NCBI GenBank assembly: GCA_002703375.1
Contig: NZTO01000049.1
Location: forward strand, 38,901-102,900
Direction: 5' to 3'
Source: Fidelibacterota bacterium
GTDB taxonomy: Bacteria; Fidelibacterota; Marinisomatia; SCGC-AAA003-L08; GCA-002704045
Length of the DNA stretch: 64,000 nt
The notes beneath the pieces were generated by a model. It saw only the letters and a program-made list of their open reading frames with translations, was not told the DNA's origin and did not search any database. Of this stretch, positions 1 to 10,259 are shown piece after piece. Position 1 is the stretch's first letter. Each line of letters opens with the position of its first letter. A program made the translations under genes and the position numbers.

Positions 1-19
1 TCAAATTACTATATATATA

Positions 20-598
20 ATGCCAATTATCAAGTTAGATGATCTACCAAATACAATGAAAAGGGAAAAATTAGATGTTGCTGTTGTTAGTTTTGGTGGT
101 TCAGGTTCAAATACTTTAGTAGAATTTCTACAGGCCCAGGGATTAAATACAAGAGCCCGTTGCTGGCAAAAGTTAGTTTGCCATTGTCCTGAACCTATTG
201 ATACGGATATCCCCATGATTTACATGTATAATAAAGATGCAAGAGATGCATTCTGTTCTCAGCGGAGACGCATGAGTGTGTGTTGGAAAGACAATCAAAG
301 AAAATTGTCGAATGGAAATTGCCCTAGTTTCTCCGATGAAAATCTCCTGCGATTGATGATAAAACAATTTAAGGCGTGGACCAAACTACCAAGAAAAAAA
401 AATCTTCTTTTTCTAACCTTTCAAGAATTTTTTACAGATGCCGGGAGAGATAAAATAAATAAGTTCTTAAATAAAAATTATACAGGGTGGCCAAATTGGG
501 GTGACCGCGAGAAACATGTATATGATTTTGATAAGGACAAAGAACTATTTGATACATTTAAAGATGACCTTGAATACATCAAAAATTTTGAACCCTAG
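20..598 (+). CDS. Sulfotransferase-like P-loop protein
   Basis: N-terminal VAVVSFGGSGSNTL resembles the PAPS-binding loop; IYMYNKDARDAFCS resembles the 3'-phosphate motif (YxxRxPxDxxxS). Confidence 0.5.
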   Translation: MPIIKLDDLPNTMKREKLDVAVVSFGGSGSNTLVEFLQAQGLNTRARCWQKLVCHCPEPIDTDIPMIYMYNKDARDAFCSQRRRMSVCWKDNQRKLSNGNCPSFSDENLLRLMIKQFKAWTKLPRKKNLLFLTFQEFFTDAGRDKINKFLNKNYTGWPNWGDREKHVYDFDKDKELFDTFKDDLEYIKNFEP

Positions 599-975
599 TC
601 TGCTAGATATTCTCTTGTGGGGTTTCCATAATCATATAAAGGAACTGAATTATTCAAAAATAGAAGTTTACTTCCAGGGACTCCCGAACGATATGCAGGA
701 TTTTTTTTTTGACAGTTTGCTAAGGATATTCTATTTCTAAATATATTACCCTTTGCGATTCTCGCAAAGTTCGCAACTCTTGTAACAGAATTATCTTTTA
801 CTTTATTTTGATTGTATTTAAGAACTTCTGCTTTTCTACGCATATTGTAATCCTCTAAACTATATGTAACATAATCTCTCTGTGGTATACGTACTCTTCC
901 CCATGTCCTGTTTAAGGTGGTTGTTACAAATCTTCCATTTATACATTCTCTCACGGTATATGTTTCGTTTGACAT
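595..975 (-). CDS. Conserved giant-virus hypothetical protein
   Basis: Probable start MSNETY at 975 (the upstream ORF extension is AT-rich intergenic DNA); MRRKAEVLKY motif recalled from Mimiviridae-like hypotheticals. Confidence 0.55.
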   Translation of the reverse strand: MSNETYTVRECINGRFVTTTLNRTWGRVRIPQRDYVTYSLEDYNMRRKAEVLKYNQNKVKDNSVTRVANFARIAKGNIFRNRISLANCQKKNPAYRSGVPGSKLLFLNNSVPLYDYGNPTREYLAD

Positions 976-1013
976 TATATTATATTTATATTTTTTTCTA
1001 CAATATAAATATA

Positions 1014-1454
1014 ATGGGACGAACCGGAGGAAGACATCCATCTATAAGTTTTAGAGCCTTTGCGCCAGGAGGAAGTACTGCTTTAAATAAATCAAAACAA
1101 GATATATTTGCTATGAATTTACATGTAGAAGGTAATTCAGATGTTAAAAAAAATAGTTCATCTGCAAGTAAAACTACTACAGACTTAACTGCTAGCGGAA
1201 CAGTGACTTCAAAAAATGTAAAAGTTACTAACCTTTTATCATTGCCCAGTATAGTAGATAAAATAAAATCAGATAATTTAACAGTGGATACTATATATTG
1301 TACTGATGACGTCGAAGAAGGAATGATTGGTTATCTTCCTAGTGGTTCTAATATTTATGGTACCGTACTAGCAGAGGGGGGAACTAGTTTTTTTGTCGCC
1401 AGATATGTTGTGAGTGCTGGAGCTCTTCTTTGGCAAGCCTTCCCTAGTTCATAG
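1014..1454 (+). CDS. Hypothetical protein (possibly structural)
   Basis: Probable start MGRTGG at 1014; Ser/Thr-rich; divergent from the gene starting at 975. Confidence 0.5.
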   Translation: MGRTGGRHPSISFRAFAPGGSTALNKSKQDIFAMNLHVEGNSDVKKNSSSASKTTTDLTASGTVTSKNVKVTNLLSLPSIVDKIKSDNLTVDTIYCTDDVEEGMIGYLPSGSNIYGTVLAEGGTSFFVARYVVSAGALLWQAFPSS

Positions 1455-2018
1455 TTAATCAAATCGCACTACAATTTCAACCTCTTCTTTTTTAATACTT
1501 TTCACAGCAGAAACTGATAATTCTTCTCGTTTTTTTCGTGTTTTACATGTTGTTGTATTTATAGAATTATTACGCTTTGATGTACTGTTTCTTTTATTCA
1601 TGTCAGCCTCAATCACAGCATAATTATCTTCAATATATTGAATAACATCATTTTCTAAGGCCCATTTAAAAAAATTAAGTTGCCCTATAGTTGTCTGTAT
1701 AAAAGTATTATTTTTATAGGGAATATTAATTCTTTCCCAACGACAAAATGGATCAAACCGACGTTTTGAATATGCCTTCAATTTTAATTTATAATCTGTA
1801 TAAACCTTAAATCGCATCTTTTCACTATTTTTTTCAATAATATAAATCGTAAAATTTTTTTTCGCGTAGTTTGTAGCAAACCAATCTACGATTCGCAAAG
1901 ATATTTTTGATTCACCGTTAATTATGTTTAACATTTTTTGTAAGTTATTATCTTTCTTATAAAAGGATAGTAAATTAGACATTAATAATTCATTTTGAGT
2001 ACTATACGTCTTAGACAT
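1455..2018 (-). CDS. Conserved NCLDV hypothetical protein
   Basis: SLRIVDWFATNYAKK, YSKRRFDPFCR and TTIGQLNFFKW motifs, typical of a widespread NCLDV family. Confidence 0.75.
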   Translation of the reverse strand: MSKTYSTQNELLMSNLLSFYKKDNNLQKMLNIINGESKISLRIVDWFATNYAKKNFTIYIIEKNSEKMRFKVYTDYKLKLKAYSKRRFDPFCRWERINIPYKNNTFIQTTIGQLNFFKWALENDVIQYIEDNYAVIEADMNKRNSTSKRNNSINTTTCKTRKKREELSVSAVKSIKKEEVEIVVRFD

Positions 2019-2080
2019 TTAATAATAGTAAAATTGTATTTTTAAAATACTTTTTCATAAATATATTTAATTTATTATAT

Positions 2081-4504
2081 TTATGAAAACAGGCGATTCA
2101 TATTTTTCACCTCGGGTTTATCTTTTTGTTCTGTAAAAATTTTATGAATCATACCCGAATCTCTAAATCTTACGGAATATTCCTGTTGCATTTTATTTCT
2201 ACCGATTCTTCCCAATGCCTGAAGTGTTTTTTCTTGAGTCATACTTGACAAATCTTTGGATATATATCCATGAGTGAATTGATAATTTGTACCATAAATA
2301 TAATCACTAGATGCAATAATCATAAATAATTTTTGCTGACTTGCGAGTTCTTTCATAATTTCTGTATAAGCAATACTCGTGTGCTCGCTAAAAACACCGA
2401 TTCCCATAATTAAAAGGATTTTCCAAGCCGCATCTATATCGGTAAGTTGTGCAATGCGAATTACAACATCTTCGCTAATATCAGCAGTAAATAAGTTTGA
2501 CTTATCTTTATCGGGAATCCATTTTTCAGTATGAGAATGAGTGTTTGGTATATAGGTGTCATCTATTTGAATTACCCGAATTTCTCTAAGCAACTCTTCA
2601 ATTTTAGATTGAATTGCTTTCATTTCAGGATTGACACGAGTACCAGAGTTTTTTCTTTCGGAAGTAACCTTGTTTTCTTTCATATCAAGATCTTCATAGT
2701 CCTTTTCCAATTTTTTTGTTTCATTTGTTAGTTTAGTATTATATTCAATATCCCTCATTAATATTTGTATTGTTTTTTCCGGAATGTTTGATTCCTTTAA
2801 ATAAAATGCTGCCACTTTTTTTATATTTTCCGTTAAAAATATTGTCGGACCGTGAGTTAGTGTATAGGAATCACTTGTTACCGCATGTATATTCGATTCA
2901 TAATATTTTTTACGATTTTCATTGAAATACTTATATATAGTGCTCCATTCTTCATGTTTAATATTTTTCAAAATTAGCAAATAATATTGTTTAATTTCAA
3001 ACATTGTTACCGTATTAAAATTCATGAAATAATTTTCAAGTTTAAGATTTTCTCTTTTCATGTAGTTATTTGTATTAATAAATAATATAAACCTTACAAT
3101 CTCTCCAAGGTCGAGGTACCGAAATAATGTTTTGTTTTCATTTATGTATTTGGCACAAGCCTGTAGTTCTTTATATTCTGCAAAAGATAAATGCGGTAAA
3201 TAAACGGAACAATCTTGATTGATAATTGGAATTGTCTTTTTACAATCATGGCTGATTATGCTATGAACATCGCCGCCAAATTTTATTCTGTAATCTTGAA
3301 TTGTTGAGATGATTTCATCTTCTCTAGGTAGCGTAGCAGAAGAAAGGACAATATTTGGTATAAGATTATCCTTCCAATTGTTGTGAATTATTTCATGAAA
3401 ATCGTGGGATTCATAATCCATAGTAATAGTGGGTTCGTCCCAAAAGGTAATAATTTTTTCTTTTTTATTGAATGCAAGCATATAATACATCGCATATCTA
3501 TAAGATTTTATATCGGATATAATCATTTCAACATTTTCCCCATTACTGTTATCCACTTTTCGAATTACGCCACTTTTTCGATCGCGAATACAATCCTTTG
3601 CTGCATTAAAATGCAATCTAATATCTTCCGCATCACCACAATTAAAAGCCAATGCAATTTTGCGATTTGAAGATATGGCATTTCTTGCAATAGCAAGACC
3701 AACATGCCTAGCCGCACACACAAATATTACACGATATTTTTCACACAATCCAATAGGAGTTAGGGTTTTTCCTGTTGATGTGGGAGCAATATATAATACC
3801 AATTTAGGTTTTATTTCAGGTAATTTAAATAATTGAAATATATCTTTTTGATGTTTGTATAAACAAATGTTTGCATGTTTCCATAAATAAGAATTGTGCT
3901 CAATCACGGTTGATGCATTTTCAATTAAAGTGGGTATTTGAGAAAGTATATCTAATTCCTTCGTAAAATAGTCAAGAATGAATCCTACAAATTCTTTAAA
4001 TAACTCATTAACCATCTTAATAGGATAATTATTCAAATGATGAATAGTATAGTAATAAAATATATATGTTGACATTTTTTTAGACTTGTCTGCTCTTTCC
4101 TTTTTAAAATACTTATTTATCATAATTTCAATCAGGTCCATGACAATAAATTCATAAATGTTTTTTTTCTCTCGTTCAAAGGTTTTTTCAAAATTTTCAA
4201 TTCGAATTATTTCTTTTTTTTTGGGATTTGTTTTTTTTTTAAATGTATATTTATAGTTGATATTGTTTTTTTTTAATAGTTTATCTATTTTAGGTTTAAA
4301 ATACTTTTCGAATAAAAATGAGGTCATTTCTTTTGACTCCTCTATTTTTGTATAAAGATAGAGTGAGTTTGTATTAGAATAGGATACTGAAGTTTCATGG
4401 AACCCCTCTTTGATCATATTTAGAATTTGTTTTTCATCGCTATCTACAGGAATTTCGATACCCTCCCATTCTGCGCGAGTTAGTTTGCGTTGACAAAGAT
4501 CCAT
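2081..4504 (-). CDS. SF2 helicase-like ATPase
   Basis: Walker A APTSTGKT, motif II WDEPT, motif III SSAT, motif VI QALGRIGR; start set at MDLCQR (4504), downstream of an AAAATTGA. Confidence 0.8.
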   Translation of the reverse strand: MDLCQRKLTRAEWEGIEIPVDSDEKQILNMIKEGFHETSVSYSNTNSLYLYTKIEESKEMTSFLFEKYFKPKIDKLLKKNNINYKYTFKKKTNPKKKEIIRIENFEKTFEREKKNIYEFIVMDLIEIMINKYFKKERADKSKKMSTYIFYYYTIHHLNNYPIKMVNELFKEFVGFILDYFTKELDILSQIPTLIENASTVIEHNSYLWKHANICLYKHQKDIFQLFKLPEIKPKLVLYIAPTSTGKTLTPIGLCEKYRVIFVCAARHVGLAIARNAISSNRKIALAFNCGDAEDIRLHFNAAKDCIRDRKSGVIRKVDNSNGENVEMIISDIKSYRYAMYYMLAFNKKEKIITFWDEPTITMDYESHDFHEIIHNNWKDNLIPNIVLSSATLPREDEIISTIQDYRIKFGGDVHSIISHDCKKTIPIINQDCSVYLPHLSFAEYKELQACAKYINENKTLFRYLDLGEIVRFILFINTNNYMKRENLKLENYFMNFNTVTMFEIKQYYLLILKNIKHEEWSTIYKYFNENRKKYYESNIHAVTSDSYTLTHGPTIFLTENIKKVAAFYLKESNIPEKTIQILMRDIEYNTKLTNETKKLEKDYEDLDMKENKVTSERKNSGTRVNPEMKAIQSKIEELLREIRVIQIDDTYIPNTHSHTEKWIPDKDKSNLFTADISEDVVIRIAQLTDIDAAWKILLIMGIGVFSEHTSIAYTEIMKELASQQKLFMIIASSDYIYGTNYQFTHGYISKDLSSMTQEKTLQALGRIGRNKMQQEYSVRFRDSGMIHKIFTEQKDKPEVKNMNRLFS

Positions 4505-4542
4505 TTCTGTTGTTAATAGTATTTTAATACTTTTAAACATTT

Positions 4543-4550
4543 TCAATTTT
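4543..4550 (-). promoter_or_regulatory. AAAATTGA early promoter
   Basis: Exact Mimivirus early motif, 38 nt upstream of the helicase ATG. Confidence 0.75.
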
Positions 4551-4663
4551 ATACATTGTATTATAATAAATATATTTATGAAATTAACGTGCAAAATAAA
4601 AAAAAAGAAAGTAACGCATTCTGATATTAAAAATATATTTAAAAAATAAATATATTATTATAT

Positions 4664-5293
4664 ATGTCGTTCAATGAGTTTGAACTTTCACCCCAAGGAA
4701 ACTATCAAAAATTGGAAAAAAAAGAAAATTTGCCGAAATATAAAGAATCGAGTGATTCGAGAGATTCGAGAGATTCTATATGTTCAAAGGATGTGTGTAA
4801 TGCAATAAAAAATTCATTTATGTTGATGTTTGGAGTGTACATGTTATTTTTATCTGGTGTATCTGTGGCCGCACTAACAGACACATCATACAAAAAACAA
4901 CATCAAATATGTGGACTAAGCAATCTATGGTTGTATTTGCTGTTCTCATTATTTTCAAATGGTTTGTTTTTAAAGGTCCGGAGAGATTTTAATCAAGAAA
5001 AATTATTTATCATTATTAAACCTAATCTTGAAGTATTAGGTGTTAAAATCTTATTTTTTATCTGGGGATCTGTGGAATTTTACAGTATTTCATGCGTAGA
5101 CGACCTTCGTAAAACAGACCTGTTTTTATGGGCATTAATGCAATATTTATTAGATATTCAAAGTATTGCAAGTATTTTTTGTTATACACTCTGGATTTGG
5201 TATAAGGTTAGAAAAGATAACGAAAGATTAAGATTAGAAGCCATAGATGCTTTGACGCGTTCAGGAGAATATGTTGAATCCGTTCGAGTATAA
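4664..5293 (+). CDS. Multi-pass membrane protein
   Basis: About four hydrophobic segments with flanking Cys residues. Confidence 0.65.
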   Translation: MSFNEFELSPQGNYQKLEKKENLPKYKESSDSRDSRDSICSKDVCNAIKNSFMLMFGVYMLFLSGVSVAALTDTSYKKQHQICGLSNLWLYLLFSLFSNGLFLKVRRDFNQEKLFIIIKPNLEVLGVKILFFIWGSVEFYSISCVDDLRKTDLFLWALMQYLLDIQSIASIFCYTLWIWYKVRKDNERLRLEAIDALTRSGEYVESVRV

Positions 5294-5342
5294 ATAAAAG
5301 AAATTTAGTTATAACTGAATAATTAATATTATTAAATAGTAA

Positions 5343-5810
5343 ATGAGAATTACCCCTTATTTACTATTTTCTTTTTGCAAAACCAATGTACAACCTCGAT
5401 TCTATCACAGTATTTTTGGTAGCAACTATATAGAATATAGTTATGGAACACAAAGCCGGAGAGATTTTAAACAACTTAAAAATTATACGGGATATGTTCA
5501 AGACCATCACTGTATTCCAAAACAATTTAGAAATCATAAATTACTAAGAGAAACGGGGTTTAATGTGAATAGTGCTTATAATATTGTTATTATGCCAAAT
5601 CACGAAGGGATTGAAAAACTTAATTTACATCCAGATAGTCGCGTTCATTATAACGGACACATACAATATAACAAATATGTTGGAAAACAACTTGAGTGGA
5701 TATGTTCTTGTTTTTCTACAATGGATGAAAAAAGGTATCAAATATGGCTACTTCTACATTATTTAAAGGATAATATAAAGTACAATGATACAGATATTCC
5801 ATGGAAATAA
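5343..5810 (+). CDS. AHH-type HNH/EndoVII-fold nuclease
   Basis: QDHHCIP...HKLL...GFNVNSAYNIVIMP...HYNGHIQYNKYV matches the AHH pattern (xHHxIP..N..P..HxGxHxxY). Confidence 0.7.
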   Translation: MRITPYLLFSFCKTNVQPRFYHSIFGSNYIEYSYGTQSRRDFKQLKNYTGYVQDHHCIPKQFRNHKLLRETGFNVNSAYNIVIMPNHEGIEKLNLHPDSRVHYNGHIQYNKYVGKQLEWICSCFSTMDEKRYQIWLLLHYLKDNIKYNDTDIPWK

Positions 5811-5840
5811 ACGTAATCTCTCCAAACATCGTTCTTAAGA

Positions 5841-6959
5841 TTAATGTAGAAAACTTTGCTTCTGTGCATTGAAAAGGTTGTAGTTGGAAACAATCGCGTT
5901 TAAAAACCTACTTATAACAACAAAAAGAAGGGCAATAAGTATTTGATTTTTGTACTTATAATTAAATGCTATAGAAATAATACTAGAAAGAATAAGAAGA
6001 AATACTACATATTGGGTAATGGTAAAGACAATTTCTATATTATTCTTGAGTGTCATACCTTTGTCATAATCCTCATGTAAATATTGCAAGAAAACCATTC
6101 CCGTTTTTCCAGAAGGCTCAAAATACCATTCATAAAAATCGAGACAACCATTGTATTTCATGATAAAATCTAACAGATACTGCGGATATAAATAAACAAT
6201 AGGAGAATCCGTATAACATTTAAAACTGTAAAAAGGAACAAACGAGAAATCCTTTGTATTGCTGTAATCCCAAGTTTCATTCTCACATAAATCATTTACC
6301 GCCTTGATAAGTTCATGATTTTTAGTCGTTAAAAGATAGGCGCCTCCTCTAGAAAATCTTAATCCAACCTCGATAATTTTTGTTCCGCGATATTGAACAT
6401 TACAAACCCCGGTGTATCCATTCATATTGGCTTGCACCCATGTAATAATATTCTCCGGTGGTTTATTCTCTGGAGAGATATACTTCCAGTCATCCGCAAT
6501 AACACCGTGCTGGGTATCTGAGTATTTCATTGTCATTTGATACACTATAGTTCCCTTATGAATAAAAAAATCAGTCATCCCCTCCGTATCATCAATAAAC
6601 TGTGACCACATCATATTAGGAATATCTTTATATCTTTTCAATTCTTCAAAAGAATGGATCTTATAACAGTTCTTACTTGAAGCACTCTTGTGTCCATATC
6701 TGGGTTTTATAAAAATAGGGAACTCTTGCAAATCATGGCGATTTTCTAATAAGTTTTCTAAAGTTCCACAGGGAATACTTTGACTTCTAGCAATAAATAA
6801 CTTATCATATACAAATTGATATCCTTTATATTTCTTATGTGCCTGTCCATCAAAATCGGGAATGCATTTTGATATTCTTATTTTCCAAGGATCTCTATAA
6901 GGATTATAAATATTTAAAACACCGCACCAAACTTTTTCAAATTCCACAAAAAATTTCAT
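5841..6959 (-). CDS. ATP-grasp fold protein with C-terminal transmembrane helices
   Basis: DKLFIA, FPIFIKPRYG, GVCNVQY, KIIEVGLR; two hydrophobic C-terminal segments; start is 6959 or 6992. Confidence 0.65.
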   Translation of the reverse strand: MKFFVEFEKVWCGVLNIYNPYRDPWKIRISKCIPDFDGQAHKKYKGYQFVYDKLFIARSQSIPCGTLENLLENRHDLQEFPIFIKPRYGHKSASSKNCYKIHSFEELKRYKDIPNMMWSQFIDDTEGMTDFFIHKGTIVYQMTMKYSDTQHGVIADDWKYISPENKPPENIITWVQANMNGYTGVCNVQYRGTKIIEVGLRFSRGGAYLLTTKNHELIKAVNDLCENETWDYSNTKDFSFVPFYSFKCYTDSPIVYLYPQYLLDFIMKYNGCLDFYEWYFEPSGKTGMVFLQYLHEDYDKGMTLKNNIEIVFTITQYVVFLLILSSIISIAFNYKYKNQILIALLFVVISRFLNAIVSNYNLFNAQKQSFLH

Positions 6960-7048
6960 CACTTTTTTATTTAAATCTATATACATATACATTATATAGA
7001 TTTAAAATTCAAACTTTAACCTGTTGAAGATTTAAAATATCGTCTATT

Positions 7049-7303
<255 letters not shown>

Positions 7304-7322
7304 CTATACATTTTATTTTAAG

Positions 7323-7934
7323 TTATTTTGAAATATTCTTAATGTTTGCATAGAATTCTAGAGTTTCCAATTCTTCATACAATCTCTCCATATTTTCACC
7401 TATAGAAAGAGTCCCGTGTCTTTCAAGTCCAATAATATCGTAGCCATTTAAACAATTAAAACAGTCTTCAGCCAAATCAAGACTTCCCGCCTCGTGGTAT
7501 TTTGCATTTTTCCCTATTGAACCAACATTTAATTCTGGAAAAAGCTTTTTTATAGTGCTTAGTTCCGTATTTTCATCTATCCCCATATACGCGATTGTTT
7601 GTAATGGGTGAGCATGAATAATACATACATCCTTATCTTTATTACTGGGCTGAGTCTGCAATAGGGCATGTATATGAATCTCTCTAGAAGGTTTGTACAT
7701 ATTATTATTAAAATACAAGTCATAATTAAAAGGAGACTTCTTATTATCAAAAGACTGAAAAAATACTTTTACTATTTGTTCTTCTTCTAAATTATTTTTT
7801 TTGATAGAGCCTGGAGAGATATAAAAATAATTCTCATTTTTTGGTTTATAACTTATATTACCGTCTCTAATAGTTATCATTTTATTGTCATATAATTTTT
7901 TCATATAATAACAAACATGTTTTCTAAATTTCAT
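7323..7934 (-). CDS. Class II aldolase/adducin family (FucA/MtnB-like)
   Basis: DGNIS, ISPGS, PSRExxIH, HAH and ERHG zinc-binding motifs. Confidence 0.8.
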   Translation of the reverse strand: MKFRKHVCYYMKKLYDNKMITIRDGNISYKPKNENYFYISPGSIKKNNLEEEQIVKVFFQSFDNKKSPFNYDLYFNNNMYKPSREIHIHALLQTQPSNKDKDVCIIHAHPLQTIAYMGIDENTELSTIKKLFPELNVGSIGKNAKYHEAGSLDLAEDCFNCLNGYDIIGLERHGTLSIGENMERLYEELETLEFYANIKNISK

Positions 7935-7977
7935 AAATAATAATACATATGATATTTTTTTAAAAAAAAGTATAATT

Positions 7978-8013
7978 ATATTTCTATATATTTCTATATA
8001 TTTCTATATATTT
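7978..8013. repeat. 10-bp tandem repeat (TTTCTATATA x3) spanning a stop codon
   Basis: Read directly; overlaps the TAG of the 8004..8693 gene. Confidence 0.85.
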
Positions 8014-8693
8014 ATCATACCTATGTTCAATGCATACATATAGTTTTCCGTTATAATAATGGGAATAATACTAACAAATAATTTATTAAGTATTTTTTTA
8101 ATAATATGATTTATAAAAAAACAACGAATATGTGAGAAAGAATACCCCTTTCGATATAATATTCTCCAATCGGTAAAACAAATTATTTTTGTTTTATTTG
8201 AAACCAAAAAAAAAAGTTCTATAAAATTTTCTAATTCATAAGAATCTTTTATTCTATACACATCTTCGTGTGGTCCTCTGTGATGTATTATCTGCAATGT
8301 TATTAAAGGTATATCTAGTTTCATTTCTTTTCGCACGTTTTTACAATGAATAATAAGAATATCGTCATTTGAATTAAAATATGTGTTGATTATTTCAGAA
8401 GTAAATACTTCATATTTTGTAGAACATTCTTTAATTAGGCAATTTAGTTTTTTCCTGTAGAAATAATCTCTCGGGCCTTTATCTATATGAGGAGTTTCAA
8501 TATCTATATTGTTTATTACATTTGAAATTTCTCCGTATTTGTGATCCCACGTTAACATATTTTTTTGAATATTAATCCAACGCTTGTGAATATTTTTAAA
8601 CTGTATTTCCTGATTAAAGAATAATATCACGCTAAAATAGGTAAATATATTTGTTATAAATTTGTCCTTTAATAAATATTCATATAATTTCAT
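8004..8693 (-). CDS. Hypothetical protein
   Basis: 229-aa ORF filling the gap between genes; no motif recognised. Confidence 0.55.
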   Translation of the reverse strand: MKLYEYLLKDKFITNIFTYFSVILFFNQEIQFKNIHKRWINIQKNMLTWDHKYGEISNVINNIDIETPHIDKGPRDYFYRKKLNCLIKECSTKYEVFTSEIINTYFNSNDDILIIHCKNVRKEMKLDIPLITLQIIHHRGPHEDVYRIKDSYELENFIELFFLVSNKTKIICFTDWRILYRKGYSFSHIRCFFINHIIKKILNKLFVSIIPIIITENYMYALNIGMINI

Positions 8694-8767
8694 AAAATTA
8701 CAATGGTAATAAATATGCTATAAATAATATTAATAATACCTAAACTTATTTAAATTTATATATAATT

Positions 8768-9607
8768 TTAAATATTGGTTGTATCTTCGGCCTGTTCAGC
8801 CTGTTCTTCACTCGTAACGATTTCATTAGAAATAATTTTAATTCTATTTAAACACCTTTCAGAGAAATTTTTATTTTGGTCCAAGAATTTTCCTAATCTC
8901 TCGATATATGAATTAAATTCAAGAGTCAACTTTTGTTTTTGACTTTCCAAGTTCATAATTAGATTTCCCACACTAAATCCCCGGGTTTCTCTTTCTGTTG
9001 CTCGAGAGATTTTATCATCAAATGAACCAATATCTTCGGCAAGTTCCCTTAAGTTACTTGTTGTGCAATTAATTAAAGAAAATATTTCATTCATGTCATA
9101 TTTTGCGTAGGGATCTTCTATTTCTGCAGGTTCACCATCAACCGGCGAACCATCTTCTCCAATTGCTGCTGGATTTTTAATCATTGTCGGTGGGTAAGGA
9201 GTCATGTTTCTAAATTTACGCTCCTTTACAGCCTCTTTTGTAGAACCAACGGGAATTTCTTCAATGGCTAGGGCATTTTCTATTATACCATCACAGTATT
9301 TGTATAAATCTCCGTAAAGTTTTTTAATATATACATCTTTCATGTGAACAAAAAAATTCAAATCAATTTCTAAAGAACTTTTTTGAAATCCCAGTGTATC
9401 TAAAGATGTTCCAGTGTCATAACCACGTTCTTTGTCTGCTAGAACTTCTTTTTCAAAGTCTTTTATAGATAAAATATCACTTTCAAGATTACCAATAAAT
9501 TTATCCATTTCCGCATATTTTGCATTGATTACATTTAATGTATCGTTATAACTATCAGAATCAATCTTGTCTCTTAGTGTACTGTCATTAGGTTTAATTG
9601 CTGTCAT
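8768..9607 (-). CDS. Helical protein with an internal duplication
   Basis: Coiled-coil character; two ~45-aa segments align without gaps. Confidence 0.7.
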   Translation of the reverse strand: MTAIKPNDSTLRDKIDSDSYNDTLNVINAKYAEMDKFIGNLESDILSIKDFEKEVLADKERGYDTGTSLDTLGFQKSSLEIDLNFFVHMKDVYIKKLYGDLYKYCDGIIENALAIEEIPVGSTKEAVKERKFRNMTPYPPTMIKNPAAIGEDGSPVDGEPAEIEDPYAKYDMNEIFSLINCTTSNLRELAEDIGSFDDKISRATERETRGFSVGNLIMNLESQKQKLTLEFNSYIERLGKFLDQNKNFSERCLNRIKIISNEIVTSEEQAEQAEDTTNI

Positions 9608-9766
9608 ATATCATTATAAACGAATTATTTTTTTACAAAAAAAATAATTTGATTTAACATCAAAAGCAACAAAAATAATTGTTATCATCTAATGAAATAT
9701 CCATTCCAAAGAAAAATCTTAGATAATAATAATGGTATATAATATTTAGATTTGTATTGAATTCAG

Positions 9767-10186
9767 TTAAAAGTCGATTTGAGGAGACTGAATTCCCCTT
9801 GATTCTAAAAAATCACGTACATCCTTGCCAATTTTTTTAATACTGCTGAGTCTTTTTTTAACATTATTGCACCGGTCCGTATTTATAATAGATTCACATA
9901 CTTCCATTCTATTTTTTAATTCTTGGTTAAATAAAACAGCATTCTTTATTTCATCGGTAAGTAATGTAATATCTTGTAATTGTCTTTCTATGAGTGTATC
10001 ATATCTTTCTATAAAATTATTAATACAAATAATATTGGCCTCGTCTACTTTAACTTTATTCTCTAACTGTTTATTTAATTCTTTTCTAACATTCATATCC
10101 TTTTTAAGTTCTTGTATTTGTACGTCTATATCATCAGGTTTATACTTCATAAAATCCGCTAAAATATTTCCCATAGTTTGTGACAT
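9767..10186 (-). CDS. Coiled-coil hypothetical protein
   Basis: Heptad-rich 139-aa ORF. Confidence 0.65.
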   Translation of the reverse strand: MSQTMGNILADFMKYKPDDIDVQIQELKKDMNVRKELNKQLENKVKVDEANIICINNFIERYDTLIERQLQDITLLTDEIKNAVLFNQELKNRMEVCESIINTDRCNNVKKRLSSIKKIGKDVRDFLESRGIQSPQIDF

Positions 10187-10259
10187 TTAATTTTTATATA
10201 TATTTATTATTTTACAAATATAATAAATACATTTAAAGAAATAGAATTAGAATTAGATA

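Noticed and set aside
9623..9766. A/T palindrome and a tiny minus-strand ORF MDISLDDNNYFCCF
   Set aside because: Palindrome is mostly homopolymer with a 2-nt loop; a 14-codon ORF is expected by chance
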